A stretch of 64,000 nucleotides of DNA from Chloroflexota bacterium (lineage in GTDB: Bacteria > Chloroflexota > Anaerolineae > DTLA01), in NCBI GenBank assembly GCA_014874485.1, contig JADBJK010000055.1:10243-74242 (forward strand), written 5' to 3'. Each line of letters starts with the position of its first letter. The stretch's first letter is position 1. This document shows positions 23,658-33,035 of this stretch, in pieces. The position numbers and the translations under genes were made by a program. The notes beneath the pieces were generated by a model. It did not search any database. It had not been told where the DNA came from and worked only from the letters and a program-made list of their open reading frames with translations.

Positions 23658-24878
23658 TCATTCGCTTGTCGCCGGCGATTTCCGCCCGGGCAGAAACAGG
23701 ATTAGCGGAAGCGCGGCCAGGGTCGCAACCGCGCCCAGGACGAACGCCCAGCGAAGCCCGATCCAGTCGCCGAGAACGCCGGCCAGGGCAACCGCCAGCG
23801 CGTAGATGATGAAGTTCATGGAGCCGTACACCCCATTGGCCAGCGCCCGATGTTCGGGGAAACTCTCCTGCACCAGCGCGGTGAGCACCGTCGGCACACA
23901 CAGCGACGTGAACCCCAGCAGGAGCAGCATCCCGACCTGGGCAAGCCCGCGCGTGGACAGGAAGGCGAACATGCACAGCGGCGCGGTCGTGAACAGCAGC
24001 GCCAGCGTCTGCCTTCGCCCCAGCGAGTCGCTCACCGAACCCGCCGCCAGCGCCCCGGCCACGCCCGCGGCCTGGAGTATGGACAGCGACGCGCCCGCCA
24101 CCCACAGGCTTGCGCCACGGTCCCGCAGGAACACCGGCAGGAACGTGGTGATCGCGGCGACCATGGGCGACCGCAGGAGCGTGATGCCGATAAGCGGGAG
24201 CAGCAGCGGCTTCATCCCCGGCAGAATCTGCCGCCAACTGCCCACGCGCACGTTGCTCGCGGGCGCGGTCTGGGCCGCCGACAGGCGCGAGGCGATGAAC
24301 AGCGCGGTCAGGACGCCGATGATCATCAGCCAGGGCAGCCCCTTCAGGCCGAGGAACTGTATCGCACTCACGAGCAGGACAGGCCCGATGGTGTAACCCA
24401 GTTCGCCGCCCACCATCCAGATGCCGATGCCGCGCCCAAGCCGCCTGCCGGCCAGCCGCCCCGCCAGCGGCGGCGCTACCGAATGGAACGCAGCGGAACT
24501 CAACCCCGCCAGGGTGAGCATCAGCGCCACGATGCCATACGCGGGCGCTACACCCAGCAGGCTCATCAGGATGCCAGTTACGGCCGGGCCGAGGATGACC
24601 AACAGGCGCAGGTTGACCTTGTCGGCCAGGTGGCCGATGACCGGCTGCAACACCGACGGCCACTGCAGGAACACCATGAGCAGGCCCGCCTCCGTCTTGG
24701 ACAGGGCCAGGTTGGTGATGAACGTGGGCAGGAGCGGGGCCAGGAACGACGCGTACATGTCGTGCACCGTGTGGCCCACGGCTATCGTGATGACGCGGCT
24801 TGCCTGGAACCCCTGCACTTCCCCCTCAGGGGCTGGCGGTGAAACAGGCCCTTTGCGGGCGGTAACGATGGCCTTCAT
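23658..24878 (-). CDS. MFS transporter (Fsr-like)
   Basis: H..HD.Y..FL.PLLP, QP.IG.LAD, AFH, about 12 hydrophobic segments, SDSLGRR. Confidence 0.88.
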   Translation of the reverse strand: MKAIVTARKGPVSPPAPEGEVQGFQASRVITIAVGHTVHDMYASFLAPLLPTFITNLALSKTEAGLLMVFLQWPSVLQPVIGHLADKVNLRLLVILGPAVTGILMSLLGVAPAYGIVALMLTLAGLSSAAFHSVAPPLAGRLAGRRLGRGIGIWMVGGELGYTIGPVLLVSAIQFLGLKGLPWLMIIGVLTALFIASRLSAAQTAPASNVRVGSWRQILPGMKPLLLPLIGITLLRSPMVAAITTFLPVFLRDRGASLWVAGASLSILQAAGVAGALAAGSVSDSLGRRQTLALLFTTAPLCMFAFLSTRGLAQVGMLLLLGFTSLCVPTVLTALVQESFPEHRALANGVYGSMNFIIYALAVALAGVLGDWIGLRWAFVLGAVATLAALPLILFLPGRKSPATSE

Positions 24879-24930
24879 GCGAACCTCTTTGCATAGGGTG
24901 GTCTCGGTGGAGGGTGGGGCGGGCGCACGG

Positions 24931-25725
24931 TCAGGTCGTGTGGCCCTGGGCCGACGCGGAGGCTCCGCTCCGGGCGACGATCCACTCGTGCGTCGTCTGC
25001 CACACGAATTCGCGCTCGCTGTCCACCGTGAGGCAGTGGCCCGAGTTGTGGAGCACGATGAGCGTCTTGTCGGCCGAGCCGATCTCGTCGTGGACGATCT
25101 GCCCGCAGTCGGTGCGGATGGACGCATCGCGGCTGCTCTGGAAGATGAGCACCGGCACCGTGATGGACGGCAGCAGGCGGCGCGCTTCCTTCTGGATGAG
25201 CGAGACCTGGTAGGCCGACTCGCCGGGGATCACGTCGTAACTCCACAGCATCTTGTGGGCCTCGGGGTCGGTCAGGTCCGAGTCCTGGGGTTCCTCCTTG
25301 CGGTTCCAGCGCATGATGTGGCGGAACGGCCGCACGAACTTCATGCGCCAGTCGCGGGCGATGAGGGCCGGCGCGTACAAGATCGCGCCCGCGATGGTCG
25401 GGTACCGCGCGGCGAGGCAAAGCGTCAGCAGCGAGCCGAGGGACAGCCCGCCGACGAACACCTGCGCGCACTCGGCCCGAAGGCGCACGAGGGCCTCCTC
25501 CGCCGAGGCGTACCAGTCGCGCCAGGTGGTTTTCGCCAGGTCGCGGTAGTCGGTCCCGTGGCCCGCCAGGAGCGGCGCGGAGACGGTGAGGCCCTGGCGG
25601 GCCAGGTACTCGCCCAGCGGGCGCATCTCGGGCGGCGAGCCGGTGAACCCGTGAATCAGCAGGCAGCCGACCGGGCCGCCGCGGAAGTAGAACGGTTTCG
25701 GGTCAAGCCAGGGATGCTGCGTCAT
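24931..25725 (-). CDS. Carboxylesterase / monoacylglycerol lipase-like alpha/beta hydrolase
   Basis: LLIHGFTGSP, GHGT, GLSLG nucleophile elbow, SGH. Confidence 0.9.
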   Translation of the reverse strand: MTQHPWLDPKPFYFRGGPVGCLLIHGFTGSPPEMRPLGEYLARQGLTVSAPLLAGHGTDYRDLAKTTWRDWYASAEEALVRLRAECAQVFVGGLSLGSLLTLCLAARYPTIAGAILYAPALIARDWRMKFVRPFRHIMRWNRKEEPQDSDLTDPEAHKMLWSYDVIPGESAYQVSLIQKEARRLLPSITVPVLIFQSSRDASIRTDCGQIVHDEIGSADKTLIVLHNSGHCLTVDSEREFVWQTTHEWIVARSGASASAQGHTT

Positions 25726-25749
25726 CTTGCCTTGCCTCCGATGGCGATC

Positions 25750-27072
25750 TCATGCGCGGGGCGCATCCGCCCGCCGGACGATGAGTTTCACGCCGTCCAC
25801 GGCGGTAACGACGACCCGCTCGCCCGCGCGGATGGGCGGGTCCTCTGCCACCGCCGACCAGGACTCGCTCCCGGCCAGGACGATGCCCGACGGGTTCAGG
25901 TCCACCTGCACGATGCCCTCCACGCCCACGAGCGTTTGCACGCCCACCGGCACGCGGAGGCGTTGGGCGCGAACCCCCGCCGACAGGGCGAACAGGAACA
26001 GGGCCGCCGTCCCCGCCGTAACCCCCGCGATGAGCCATCGGTTCACGTTGAGGTGGGGCAGCGTGGGCGAGGGCGGCGTGAGCGGGCTGAACAGGATGAG
26101 CGAGCCGAGGATGAGCGCGATGGCCCCGCCGACGCTGAGCGCGAACCCGGACACCTTGATGTCCAGCGCGAAGAAGATGAGCGCCAGCACGATGAGGGCG
26201 ATCCCGCCCCAGTTCAGCGGCAGGCTCTCCGAGATGATGAAGGCCAGCACCAGGCAAATCGCGCCGGTGATTCCGGGCAACACCGCGCCCGGGTGGTACA
26301 ACTCAATGATGATAGCGAGCATCCCGATAATCCACAGGACGTAGGCGATGTCGGGGTTGACCAGGGTATGCAGGAACGACTCAAACGGCGTCATCCGCGT
26401 ATCCACAAGGACCGCGCCGCGCGTGGACAGGGCTACCTCGCCGGCCGCGGTCTTGACCGTGCGGCCGTCCAGCGCGGCGACAAGGCTCGGCAAATCGTCG
26501 GCCAGCAGGTCCACCACGTTCAGCCGCAGGGCCTCCTGGGATGTGATGGCCAGGCTCTTGACCACCGACTCCTCGGCCCACTGGGCGTTGCGGCCGTAGC
26601 GTTCGGCCAGAGACCGCGCCAGGGCCGCCGCGTCCTGGGTAACCTTGTCGCCCAGGACGCCGGGGATATCCCCGCCGCTGGCGTCAACCGGATGGGCGGC
26701 ACCGATGCTGGTGGAGGGCGCCATGGCCGCGACGTGCGCCGCGAGCGCGATGAACGTCCCCGCGGACCCGGCCCGCGCCCCGGGCGGCGAGACATATACG
26801 GCCACCGGCACAGGCGACCCCAGAATCAACTGCACCATGTCGCGCATGGACTGAAGCGAGCCGCCGGGCGTGTCCAGCACGATGACGTACAGCGACGCCT
26901 GAGTTTGCCCCAGCGCGCGCTGGACGTAGCGCGTCGTTACGGGGTCAATGATGCCCTTGACGTAGAGCACGCGCACCGTTGGCTGTGGAGCCTGCGCCTG
27001 CGCATGGTGGCTCCCCACCGCCGACAACACGACCAACCCCAGGAGCGCAACCAGAACCAGTTTTCTCATCAT
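25750..27072 (-). CDS. NfeD long form (membrane-bound ClpP-class protease)
   Basis: Signal peptide, LDTPGG, RAGSAG, IGAAHPV, TM bundle, C-terminal OB-fold with ESWSA. Confidence 0.9.
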   Translation of the reverse strand: MMRKLVLVALLGLVVLSAVGSHHAQAQAPQPTVRVLYVKGIIDPVTTRYVQRALGQTQASLYVIVLDTPGGSLQSMRDMVQLILGSPVPVAVYVSPPGARAGSAGTFIALAAHVAAMAPSTSIGAAHPVDASGGDIPGVLGDKVTQDAAALARSLAERYGRNAQWAEESVVKSLAITSQEALRLNVVDLLADDLPSLVAALDGRTVKTAAGEVALSTRGAVLVDTRMTPFESFLHTLVNPDIAYVLWIIGMLAIIIELYHPGAVLPGITGAICLVLAFIISESLPLNWGGIALIVLALIFFALDIKVSGFALSVGGAIALILGSLILFSPLTPPSPTLPHLNVNRWLIAGVTAGTAALFLFALSAGVRAQRLRVPVGVQTLVGVEGIVQVDLNPSGIVLAGSESWSAVAEDPPIRAGERVVVTAVDGVKLIVRRADAPRA

Positions 27073-27309
27073 CTCCACCCACCCAGAACGCGCTTGAACC
27101 CGCACCGTGAGTATAGCAAGGGGCTAGCCGCCGCGCAAGAACGGGTCGGGCGGAAGACCACTTGCCCCCCGTGGACGTTCGCATCACGAAAGCCACGAAA
27201 GGCACGGAGGGCTTTTCGGGCCTTTCGCGCCATTTCGCGGCTTTCGCGCTCCAAATCCCTGCGGGCGCACGGGTCGCGCAGCGTGCGTCATCGCCTCGCG
27301 CGTGGCGGC

Positions 27310-27626
27310 CAGCACTTGACCCCAGAGAAAACTGTCCGTTGGCATTGCTTCGCTCGCAATAACGTGGGAAGCACTTGCGACGCACTCGGAGGTGCGCCGC
27401 AAGTGGAAGCATCAGCGAAGCGAAGCCTCTTGGTTAGCGAGATTCTTCGGCGCTCCGCGCCTCAGAATGACAATGTCCTCTGTCATGCTTCGCTTCGCTC
27501 AGCATCTCGGTTGGCGAGATTCTTCGGCGCTGCGCGCCTCAGTAGGGACAATTCATGAATTGTCCCTACGGGCGCTGCGCTCTTCGCAAGGGCATGCCGT
27601 CAAGAATCCAAGCGGAGAAGCCCCTG
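27310..27626. mobile_element. Composite repeat element (B-end ... A-end shell) with palindromic modules, including GTAGGGACAATTCATGAATTGTCCCTAC
   Basis: Ends match those at 30014, 32786, 34955 and 36355; internal modules are shared with other intergenic loci. Confidence 0.6.
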
Positions 27627-27653
27627 CTCCCCGCCGTCAGGCTGTTCGGCTCG

Positions 27654-29123
27654 TTACCACCGATACCGCACGGTGTAGGTGATCTTGGCCTCGCCGTCCT
27701 TGGGCACGTTCACGCGGAACTCCACGCTGGTGGCGTCCAGTTTGGTGTAGTCGTGGCTCTTGGTCGTAATCTCCCACTCGCTCCAGCGGAACAGGTGCTC
27801 CACCACCCGCACCTCCACCGCCTCGCTCTTGTGGTTGCGGACGCTGATCTCAAAACTCTCCTCAATGGCCCGCTCGCCCAGCGTCTTGAAGTCAGTCTGC
27901 TTGCGCTCGCCCACGATGTCAAAGGCGTCGCCCAGGTACAGGCGCACGCGCTCGTCCTTGGGCGTGTGGTCAATGGCATCCTCGCCCACGAACTCGGTCC
28001 CGCCGCCCGTGTCCTCCTTGTACACGCGCACACGGCCCTTGGGCAGCGGCACGCCCAGCCCGTCGGCCTCGGAGTTCTTGAACTCCACCAGCACCATGAC
28101 CTTCTTGTTGCTCGTGGGGCCGTAGGTGGGGTCGGTGATGGGGCCGTAGTAATACCACGACCCGCCGCCCAGGCCGTCGTACACATAAATCTTCTCGGCC
28201 TTGACGCCTTCCGCGCTCACGAATTCAATCTGCTTGGTCTGCTGGTCCTTCACCGTTACGGGCCGCTGCACCTCGTACAGGTGATACTCAAAGAACTGAC
28301 GCTCGGCCACCTGTTCAGGCGTCGGCGCGAGGCCGGCCTTGCGGGCCAGGTCGTAGGCGGTGAGTTCCTGCGCGGGCTGGACGCGGTGGATGTCGCCGGC
28401 GATGAGTTTCAGCCGCGCGTCCTTGTACGTCGCGCCGCTGCGGTTGTCCACCGTAACCCAGCCGTTCAGCCCCAGCGAGGCGTCGTCGGCGGCCAGCACC
28501 ACCACGTAGTCCGCAGACCACGTGATGCCGCTCGTGAGGTACGTTACTTCCACGTTGTGGGTACCGGACTTGGCCGCGTCCAACTGCCACAGGAGCGACG
28601 GCTTGGTGATGAGGCCCTCGGGGAGCGCCGGAAACTGGAACTCGCGCACCTGATTGGCCTTGACGACGGTTACCTTGCCGTCGGTGCCCTGCAGGATGAT
28701 GTCGTCGGCCCCGCTGAGCAGTTTGCCGGTGTACACGCTCCCATCCTCGGTAACCAGCGTGATCTGCTGGTCCAGGTACTTGTGCAGCAGTTTGGCCGAC
28801 CCCACGACATCGTACTCGTAGTTCTGCTCCAGCACGGTGGTGCCTTCGGGGTCGGTCAGGGAGCGGAAGTGGACCGAGGTGGGGTCAATGCCCGATGCCA
28901 CGTCGGAGAAGCGGACGAAGTTCAGGCCCTTCTCCAGCGTCATCGGTCGGCGGTCTTTCACGAGGCCCAGGTCCGAGTTGTACACCGTCAACTCCACGCC
29001 GGGCGACTCGGCGCGGGCGGGCGTGGGCGATAGCCGCGCCGCCAGGTTGCTGCCGGCGGAACACGCGGCCAGTGCCAGCACCGCCACTACGGACAGAACG
29101 CGAAACCAACGTGCGTATCTCAT
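27654..29123 (-). CDS. DUF4139-domain lipoprotein
   Basis: Lipobox LAAC; LTVYN..GLV, EQNYEYD, YLT.GI.W.ADY, L.AGD, LPKGRVRVY, IDHTP. Confidence 0.85.
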   Translation of the reverse strand: MRYARWFRVLSVVAVLALAACSAGSNLAARLSPTPARAESPGVELTVYNSDLGLVKDRRPMTLEKGLNFVRFSDVASGIDPTSVHFRSLTDPEGTTVLEQNYEYDVVGSAKLLHKYLDQQITLVTEDGSVYTGKLLSGADDIILQGTDGKVTVVKANQVREFQFPALPEGLITKPSLLWQLDAAKSGTHNVEVTYLTSGITWSADYVVVLAADDASLGLNGWVTVDNRSGATYKDARLKLIAGDIHRVQPAQELTAYDLARKAGLAPTPEQVAERQFFEYHLYEVQRPVTVKDQQTKQIEFVSAEGVKAEKIYVYDGLGGGSWYYYGPITDPTYGPTSNKKVMVLVEFKNSEADGLGVPLPKGRVRVYKEDTGGGTEFVGEDAIDHTPKDERVRLYLGDAFDIVGERKQTDFKTLGERAIEESFEISVRNHKSEAVEVRVVEHLFRWSEWEITTKSHDYTKLDATSVEFRVNVPKDGEAKITYTVRYRW

Positions 29124-29268
29124 GTCTCCCTCCTGCGACAGACTGCGGTATATGCGCCTTTGAGACGCCTGCGCAGGGGCGTTTGTTCCGCGAGGCGGCA
29201 TCCCCGCCTTCGGCTTCCTCACGTTCGCGTGTGGTGAGGGGGACCAGGGGTAAGGTAGCCCGCTCTGC

Positions 29269-29495
29269 GGGTGCACTTCAGTTTGGGGACAAGGCTGCTG
29301 CAATGGGCAGTCTCTTTCGCCGCCAGACGTAGGGCGATGGGGTTGCTGGACCTCACCTAACCCCTCCCACACCCTCCCCTTTCCTCTCCGCGGGCGGAGA
29401 GGAAAGGGGAGGGCCGGGGTGGGGATAGGTGAGGTAGATTCTGCGCGAAAACCCAACGCCATTCGGTAACTCTTGCCCCGAAATGGAAACGCACC
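29269..29495. mobile_element. MITE-like element, copy 2 of the 6775-6998 family
   Basis: GGGTGCACTTCAGTTTGGGG ... CCCCGAAATGGAAACGCACC with a nearly identical core hairpin. Confidence 0.75.
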
Positions 29496-29546
29496 TCGTC
29501 CCGCCCGCAACTTGACAAGGCCGCGGCGCGGTGTATCCTACTGGGT

Positions 29547-29924
29547 ATGAGAGCAAGAACGCTGGACAACGGCTATGCCGCCATGGCGAAACTGCACAAG
29601 GTGCTATCCCACCCGGTGCGCCTCCGCATCCTGGAGATGCTGGCCCAGTGCGGGGAGGCGTGCGTGTGCCACCTCACCGCGGCGCTGGGGCGGCGGCAGC
29701 CCTACATCTCCCAGCAACTGGCCATCCTGCGCGAGGCCGGCCTCATCGCCGAACGCCGCGACGGCACGCTCATGTACTACCGGCTCACCGACGAGCGGGT
29801 GATGGACCTCATCGCCGCGAGCCGCAATTGGGCTGCGGCCAAATACGGGGAGTCGGTGCAATTCCCCTCGTCGGAGGAGGGTCCGCTGCCAGGATGTTCT
29901 TGCCCCGTGTGCTCCAGAGACTGA
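29547..29924 (+). CDS. ArsR/SmtB-family transcriptional regulator
   Basis: KVLSHPVRLRIL, EACVCHL, QPYISQQLAILREAGLI, YYRL; Cys-rich tail CSCPVC. Confidence 0.93.
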   Translation: MRARTLDNGYAAMAKLHKVLSHPVRLRILEMLAQCGEACVCHLTAALGRRQPYISQQLAILREAGLIAERRDGTLMYYRLTDERVMDLIAASRNWAAAKYGESVQFPSSEEGPLPGCSCPVCSRD

Positions 29925-29949
29925 CGGCCTTTACTTTTGCCGCCGAGAC

Positions 29950-29995
29950 ATTCAGAACAATGCATATTTGACAGCGGGGCAGCACGGGGTATACT
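29950..29995 (+). promoter_or_regulatory. Promoter with upstream operator-like box
   Basis: ATTCAGAACAATGCAT (13/16 match to the ars operator), then TTGACA, 16 nt, TATACT. Confidence 0.55.
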
Positions 29996-30013
29996 TCAAA
30001 TGGGCAGCACGCC

Positions 30014-30145
30014 CTGTGCTTACCACCGGGATTGTTGATAGTCTGTCATTGCGAGGGGCGAAGCCCCGAAGCAATCTCCGGCGCGCGAGATTGCTTCGCT
30101 TCGCTCGCAATGACAACAGGCAACTTACTCTGTGGTCAACTACCA
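30014..30145. mobile_element. Composite repeat element (A/B shell) with one GTCATTGCG...CGCAATGAC hairpin
   Basis: Minimal member of the shell family. Confidence 0.6.
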
Positions 30146-30213
30146 GGGCGCCAGCCTAAGGCCATGCCCCATTTCCGAGCCACACCGATGCAAGCGCGCA
30201 GGGAGGATGCACA

Positions 30214-30741
30214 ATGCTGTGCAAGGAGTACGACCTGGAAGTCATCTCGCCACCATGCGATCCGGGATCGGAGCGCTGGAGCGCCTTCGTGCGGCTCCAG
30301 GAGGACATCAGCGAGGTCATGCCCTACCTCAATACACTGTGGAAGAATGCTATCTACGACCATGAAAACCGCATCCTGACGATGGTGCGGGGAGGCCGCC
30401 GCTACACCCTCCGCCCGCACGAGGTGGCCATTAGCAACCTGGAGGACCGCCAGGAGGCCCAGCGCGTGGCCGAGCGCATTTTGGATGAGATCAACAGGGT
30501 GTGGGACAGGCGGCATGAGATCGTGCCTTCCTACGAGAAGCGCCACCAGCCCACCGTGATGGAAATCTACAAACTCCTGCCGGGCGGGAACTGCAAGCAG
30601 TGCGGCGACCCCACCTGCTTCGTCTTCGCCAGCAAACTGGTGGCCGGGACGACGGAACTGACGCGCTGCGTGCGCCTCTACGAAGCGGAGTTCGCCGACA
30701 AGCGAGCGCGCCTGGAGGAGATTCTGGGGTTGGTGGGTTGA
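30214..30741 (+). CDS. (Fe-S)-binding protein with a putative FeS cluster domain
   Basis: LPGGNCKQCGDPTCFVFA...C; N-terminal PPCDP and EVMPYLN. Confidence 0.85.
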   Translation: MLCKEYDLEVISPPCDPGSERWSAFVRLQEDISEVMPYLNTLWKNAIYDHENRILTMVRGGRRYTLRPHEVAISNLEDRQEAQRVAERILDEINRVWDRRHEIVPSYEKRHQPTVMEIYKLLPGGNCKQCGDPTCFVFASKLVAGTTELTRCVRLYEAEFADKRARLEEILGLVG

Positions 30742-32675
30742 GACATTCTTTGAAGTCCATAGCCGTGCCCCCAACAAAGTGCCTCTTCCGCCTAGCCGCC
30801 CTGATCGTCATCCTGGCGCTGGCCCTGTTGCCGACGGCCATCCACGCCCAGCAGCCGGTCGTCCGCGCCGTGCTGTTCTACTCGGACACCTGCCCGGTCT
30901 GCCACACGGTGCTGGAACAAGTCCTGCCGCCCCTTCAGGCGCAGTACGGCTCGCAACTGGAAATCGCGAAGGTGGAGATCACCCCGCCGGCGAACTACGA
31001 ACTCCTGCTGCACATGGAGCAGGTGCACGGCGTCCCGCCGGACAAGGGGGTGGTGCCCGAACTGTTCATCGGCGACCGCGTGCTGTTCGGTGCCGACGAG
31101 ATTCGCGACAACCTGCCCGCGCTGATCCAGACCTACGCGGCGCAGGGCGGCGTGGACTGGCCCGCGGGCTACGGCGACCAGGCGGGACCCACCACGTGGC
31201 CGCCCACCGGCGTCAAGCCCACGCCCAAGGCGTGCCATATCTGCGACGAGGGCGACCCCGTCGTGAAGATGTACTTCTTCTGGAGCAGCCTCTGCCCCGA
31301 ATGCCGCCGCGTGCAGGATGAGGTACTCGGGCCGCTGCAGGAGCGGTACGACCGCCAGTTGGTGGTGGACGCCCGCGATGTGGAGAAGTCCCCCGCCGAC
31401 TACGACCTGCTCACGGCGCTGGAGCGGCAGTTCGGCACGGGCGAAGGGGCGTTCCCGGTCATCTTCATCGGCGACCATGTGCTCCATGGCGAGCAGGCGG
31501 CCCGCGAACAGCTGGCCGCGCTGGTGGAATACTACATGAACGAGGGCGGCGTGGATTTCCCCAAACTGACCGGCCCCGCCGCGCCATCGGGCACGCCCAC
31601 CGGCCAGCAGCCCGCCATCCACCTGGCCTACTTCTACCAGGTGGGCTGCCACGAGTGCGACCGCGCCCAGTATGACCTGAAGTACTTGCAGAGCAAGTAC
31701 CCGCAGTTGCAGGTTCACGAGTACGACATCAAGGAGCAGGCCGCGCTGGCTGAGTGGCTGGGCGAACGCACCGGCGTGCCGCTGAACAAGCGCCTCACCG
31801 CGCCCGCGGCATTCGTCGGTTCGGACTTCCTGCTGGGCGGGGACATCAACGCCCAGACGCTGGAGAACGTCGTGAAGAAGTACGCGGCGACCGGCAGCGA
31901 GGCCTACTGGCGGGAGCAGGAAGACCTGTCGCAGGCGGGCGAGAGCATCCTGAGCCGCTTCCGCTCGTTCGGCGCGCTCACGGTCGTGGCCGCGGGCCTG
32001 GTGGACGGGCTGAACCCGTGCGCCTTCGCCACCATCGTGTTCTTCATCTCGTACCTGGCCTTCACGGGGCGCAAGGGCCGCGACATCCTGCTGGTGGGGG
32101 GCATGTTCGCCCTGGGCGTCTTCCTGACGTACCTGGGCGTCGGGGTGGGCCTGCTCAAGTTCCTGGCCAGCCTGCCGTTCCTGCCCGCCATCGGCCGCTA
32201 CCTGTACGGCTTCACGGCGGCGCTGTGCTTGCTCCTGGCGATAGGCAGCCTGTACGACTGGTATCAGGCGCGGCGCGGGCGGCCCGAAGAGATGAAACTG
32301 AAACTGCCCACGCGGATGCGCCGCTGGATCAACCGCGTCATCCGCGAAGGGGCCAGTGCGCGGGCTATCGCGGGGGTTGCGTTCATCACCGGCGCGGTTG
32401 TGTCTCTGATTGAGTTGGCCTGCACCGGACAGGTTTACCTGCCTACCATCCTGTTCGTCCTCGGCGTGCCGGCGTTGAGGGTGCGGGCGTTGGCCTATCT
32501 GCTGGTGTACAACATCGCGTTCGTAGTGCCGCTCGTCATCGTGTTCCTCATGGCCTACTGGGGGACGACATCGGAGCGGCTTGGGCAGTTCATCAACCGT
32601 CGCGCCGGCACCATCAAACTGGCGACCGCAGGGCTGTTCACCCTGCTGGCCGTTTGGATGATCACGTTCCTGTGA
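30738..32675 (+). CDS. Exported triple thioredoxin/glutaredoxin fused to a CcdA/DsbD-type membrane domain (start uncertain)
   Basis: Signal-like segment; CPVC, CPEC and CHEC motifs plus CHIC in a linker; TM domain DGLNPCAFA ... ELACTGQVYLP. Confidence 0.85.
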   Translation: MRHSLKSIAVPPTKCLFRLAALIVILALALLPTAIHAQQPVVRAVLFYSDTCPVCHTVLEQVLPPLQAQYGSQLEIAKVEITPPANYELLLHMEQVHGVPPDKGVVPELFIGDRVLFGADEIRDNLPALIQTYAAQGGVDWPAGYGDQAGPTTWPPTGVKPTPKACHICDEGDPVVKMYFFWSSLCPECRRVQDEVLGPLQERYDRQLVVDARDVEKSPADYDLLTALERQFGTGEGAFPVIFIGDHVLHGEQAAREQLAALVEYYMNEGGVDFPKLTGPAAPSGTPTGQQPAIHLAYFYQVGCHECDRAQYDLKYLQSKYPQLQVHEYDIKEQAALAEWLGERTGVPLNKRLTAPAAFVGSDFLLGGDINAQTLENVVKKYAATGSEAYWREQEDLSQAGESILSRFRSFGALTVVAAGLVDGLNPCAFATIVFFISYLAFTGRKGRDILLVGGMFALGVFLTYLGVGVGLLKFLASLPFLPAIGRYLYGFTAALCLLLAIGSLYDWYQARRGRPEEMKLKLPTRMRRWINRVIREGASARAIAGVAFITGAVVSLIELACTGQVYLPTILFVLGVPALRVRALAYLLVYNIAFVVPLVIVFLMAYWGTTSERLGQFINRRAGTIKLATAGLFTLLAVWMITFL

Positions 32676-32785
32676 TAGCCGCAGCCCGCGAGCGCGGCCC
32701 CGACTTTTGGGAAAAACCGGCGTAACGTGGTATCATTGTGAGTGCGGCGCTGGCCCCGCGATGGGCATCCGGCAGCGGTGCCGCG

Positions 32786-33015
32786 TAGTACCCTGCCACA
32801 GGGTTTCTGGATGGTGTGTCATTGCGAGGGCGCGCAGCGCCCGAAGCAATCCCAGTCCCTGTCTGTCATGCTGAGCGAAGCGAAGCATCAGCGAAGCGAA
32901 GCATCTCGGTTCACGAGATTCTTCGGCGCTCCGCGCCTCAGAATGACAGTCGGTCCGGGATTGCTTCGCTCCGCTCGCAATGACAACGGGCGGTTTTCTC
33001 TGTGGTCTAGCAGCA
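32786..33015. mobile_element. Composite repeat element (A/B shell)
   Basis: A end TAGTACCCTGCCACAGGG...TGTGTCATTGCG; B end AATGACAACGGGCGGTTTTCTCTGTGGTCTAGCAGCA. Confidence 0.65.
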
Positions 33016-33035
33016 GTCCACTTGTGAGGTGAAGC

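Noticed and set aside
24421..27558. Very long antisense ORFs (e.g. 1045 aa here; 38689-40653, 4935-6491)
   Set aside because: Shadow ORFs opposite well-supported genes in high-GC DNA.
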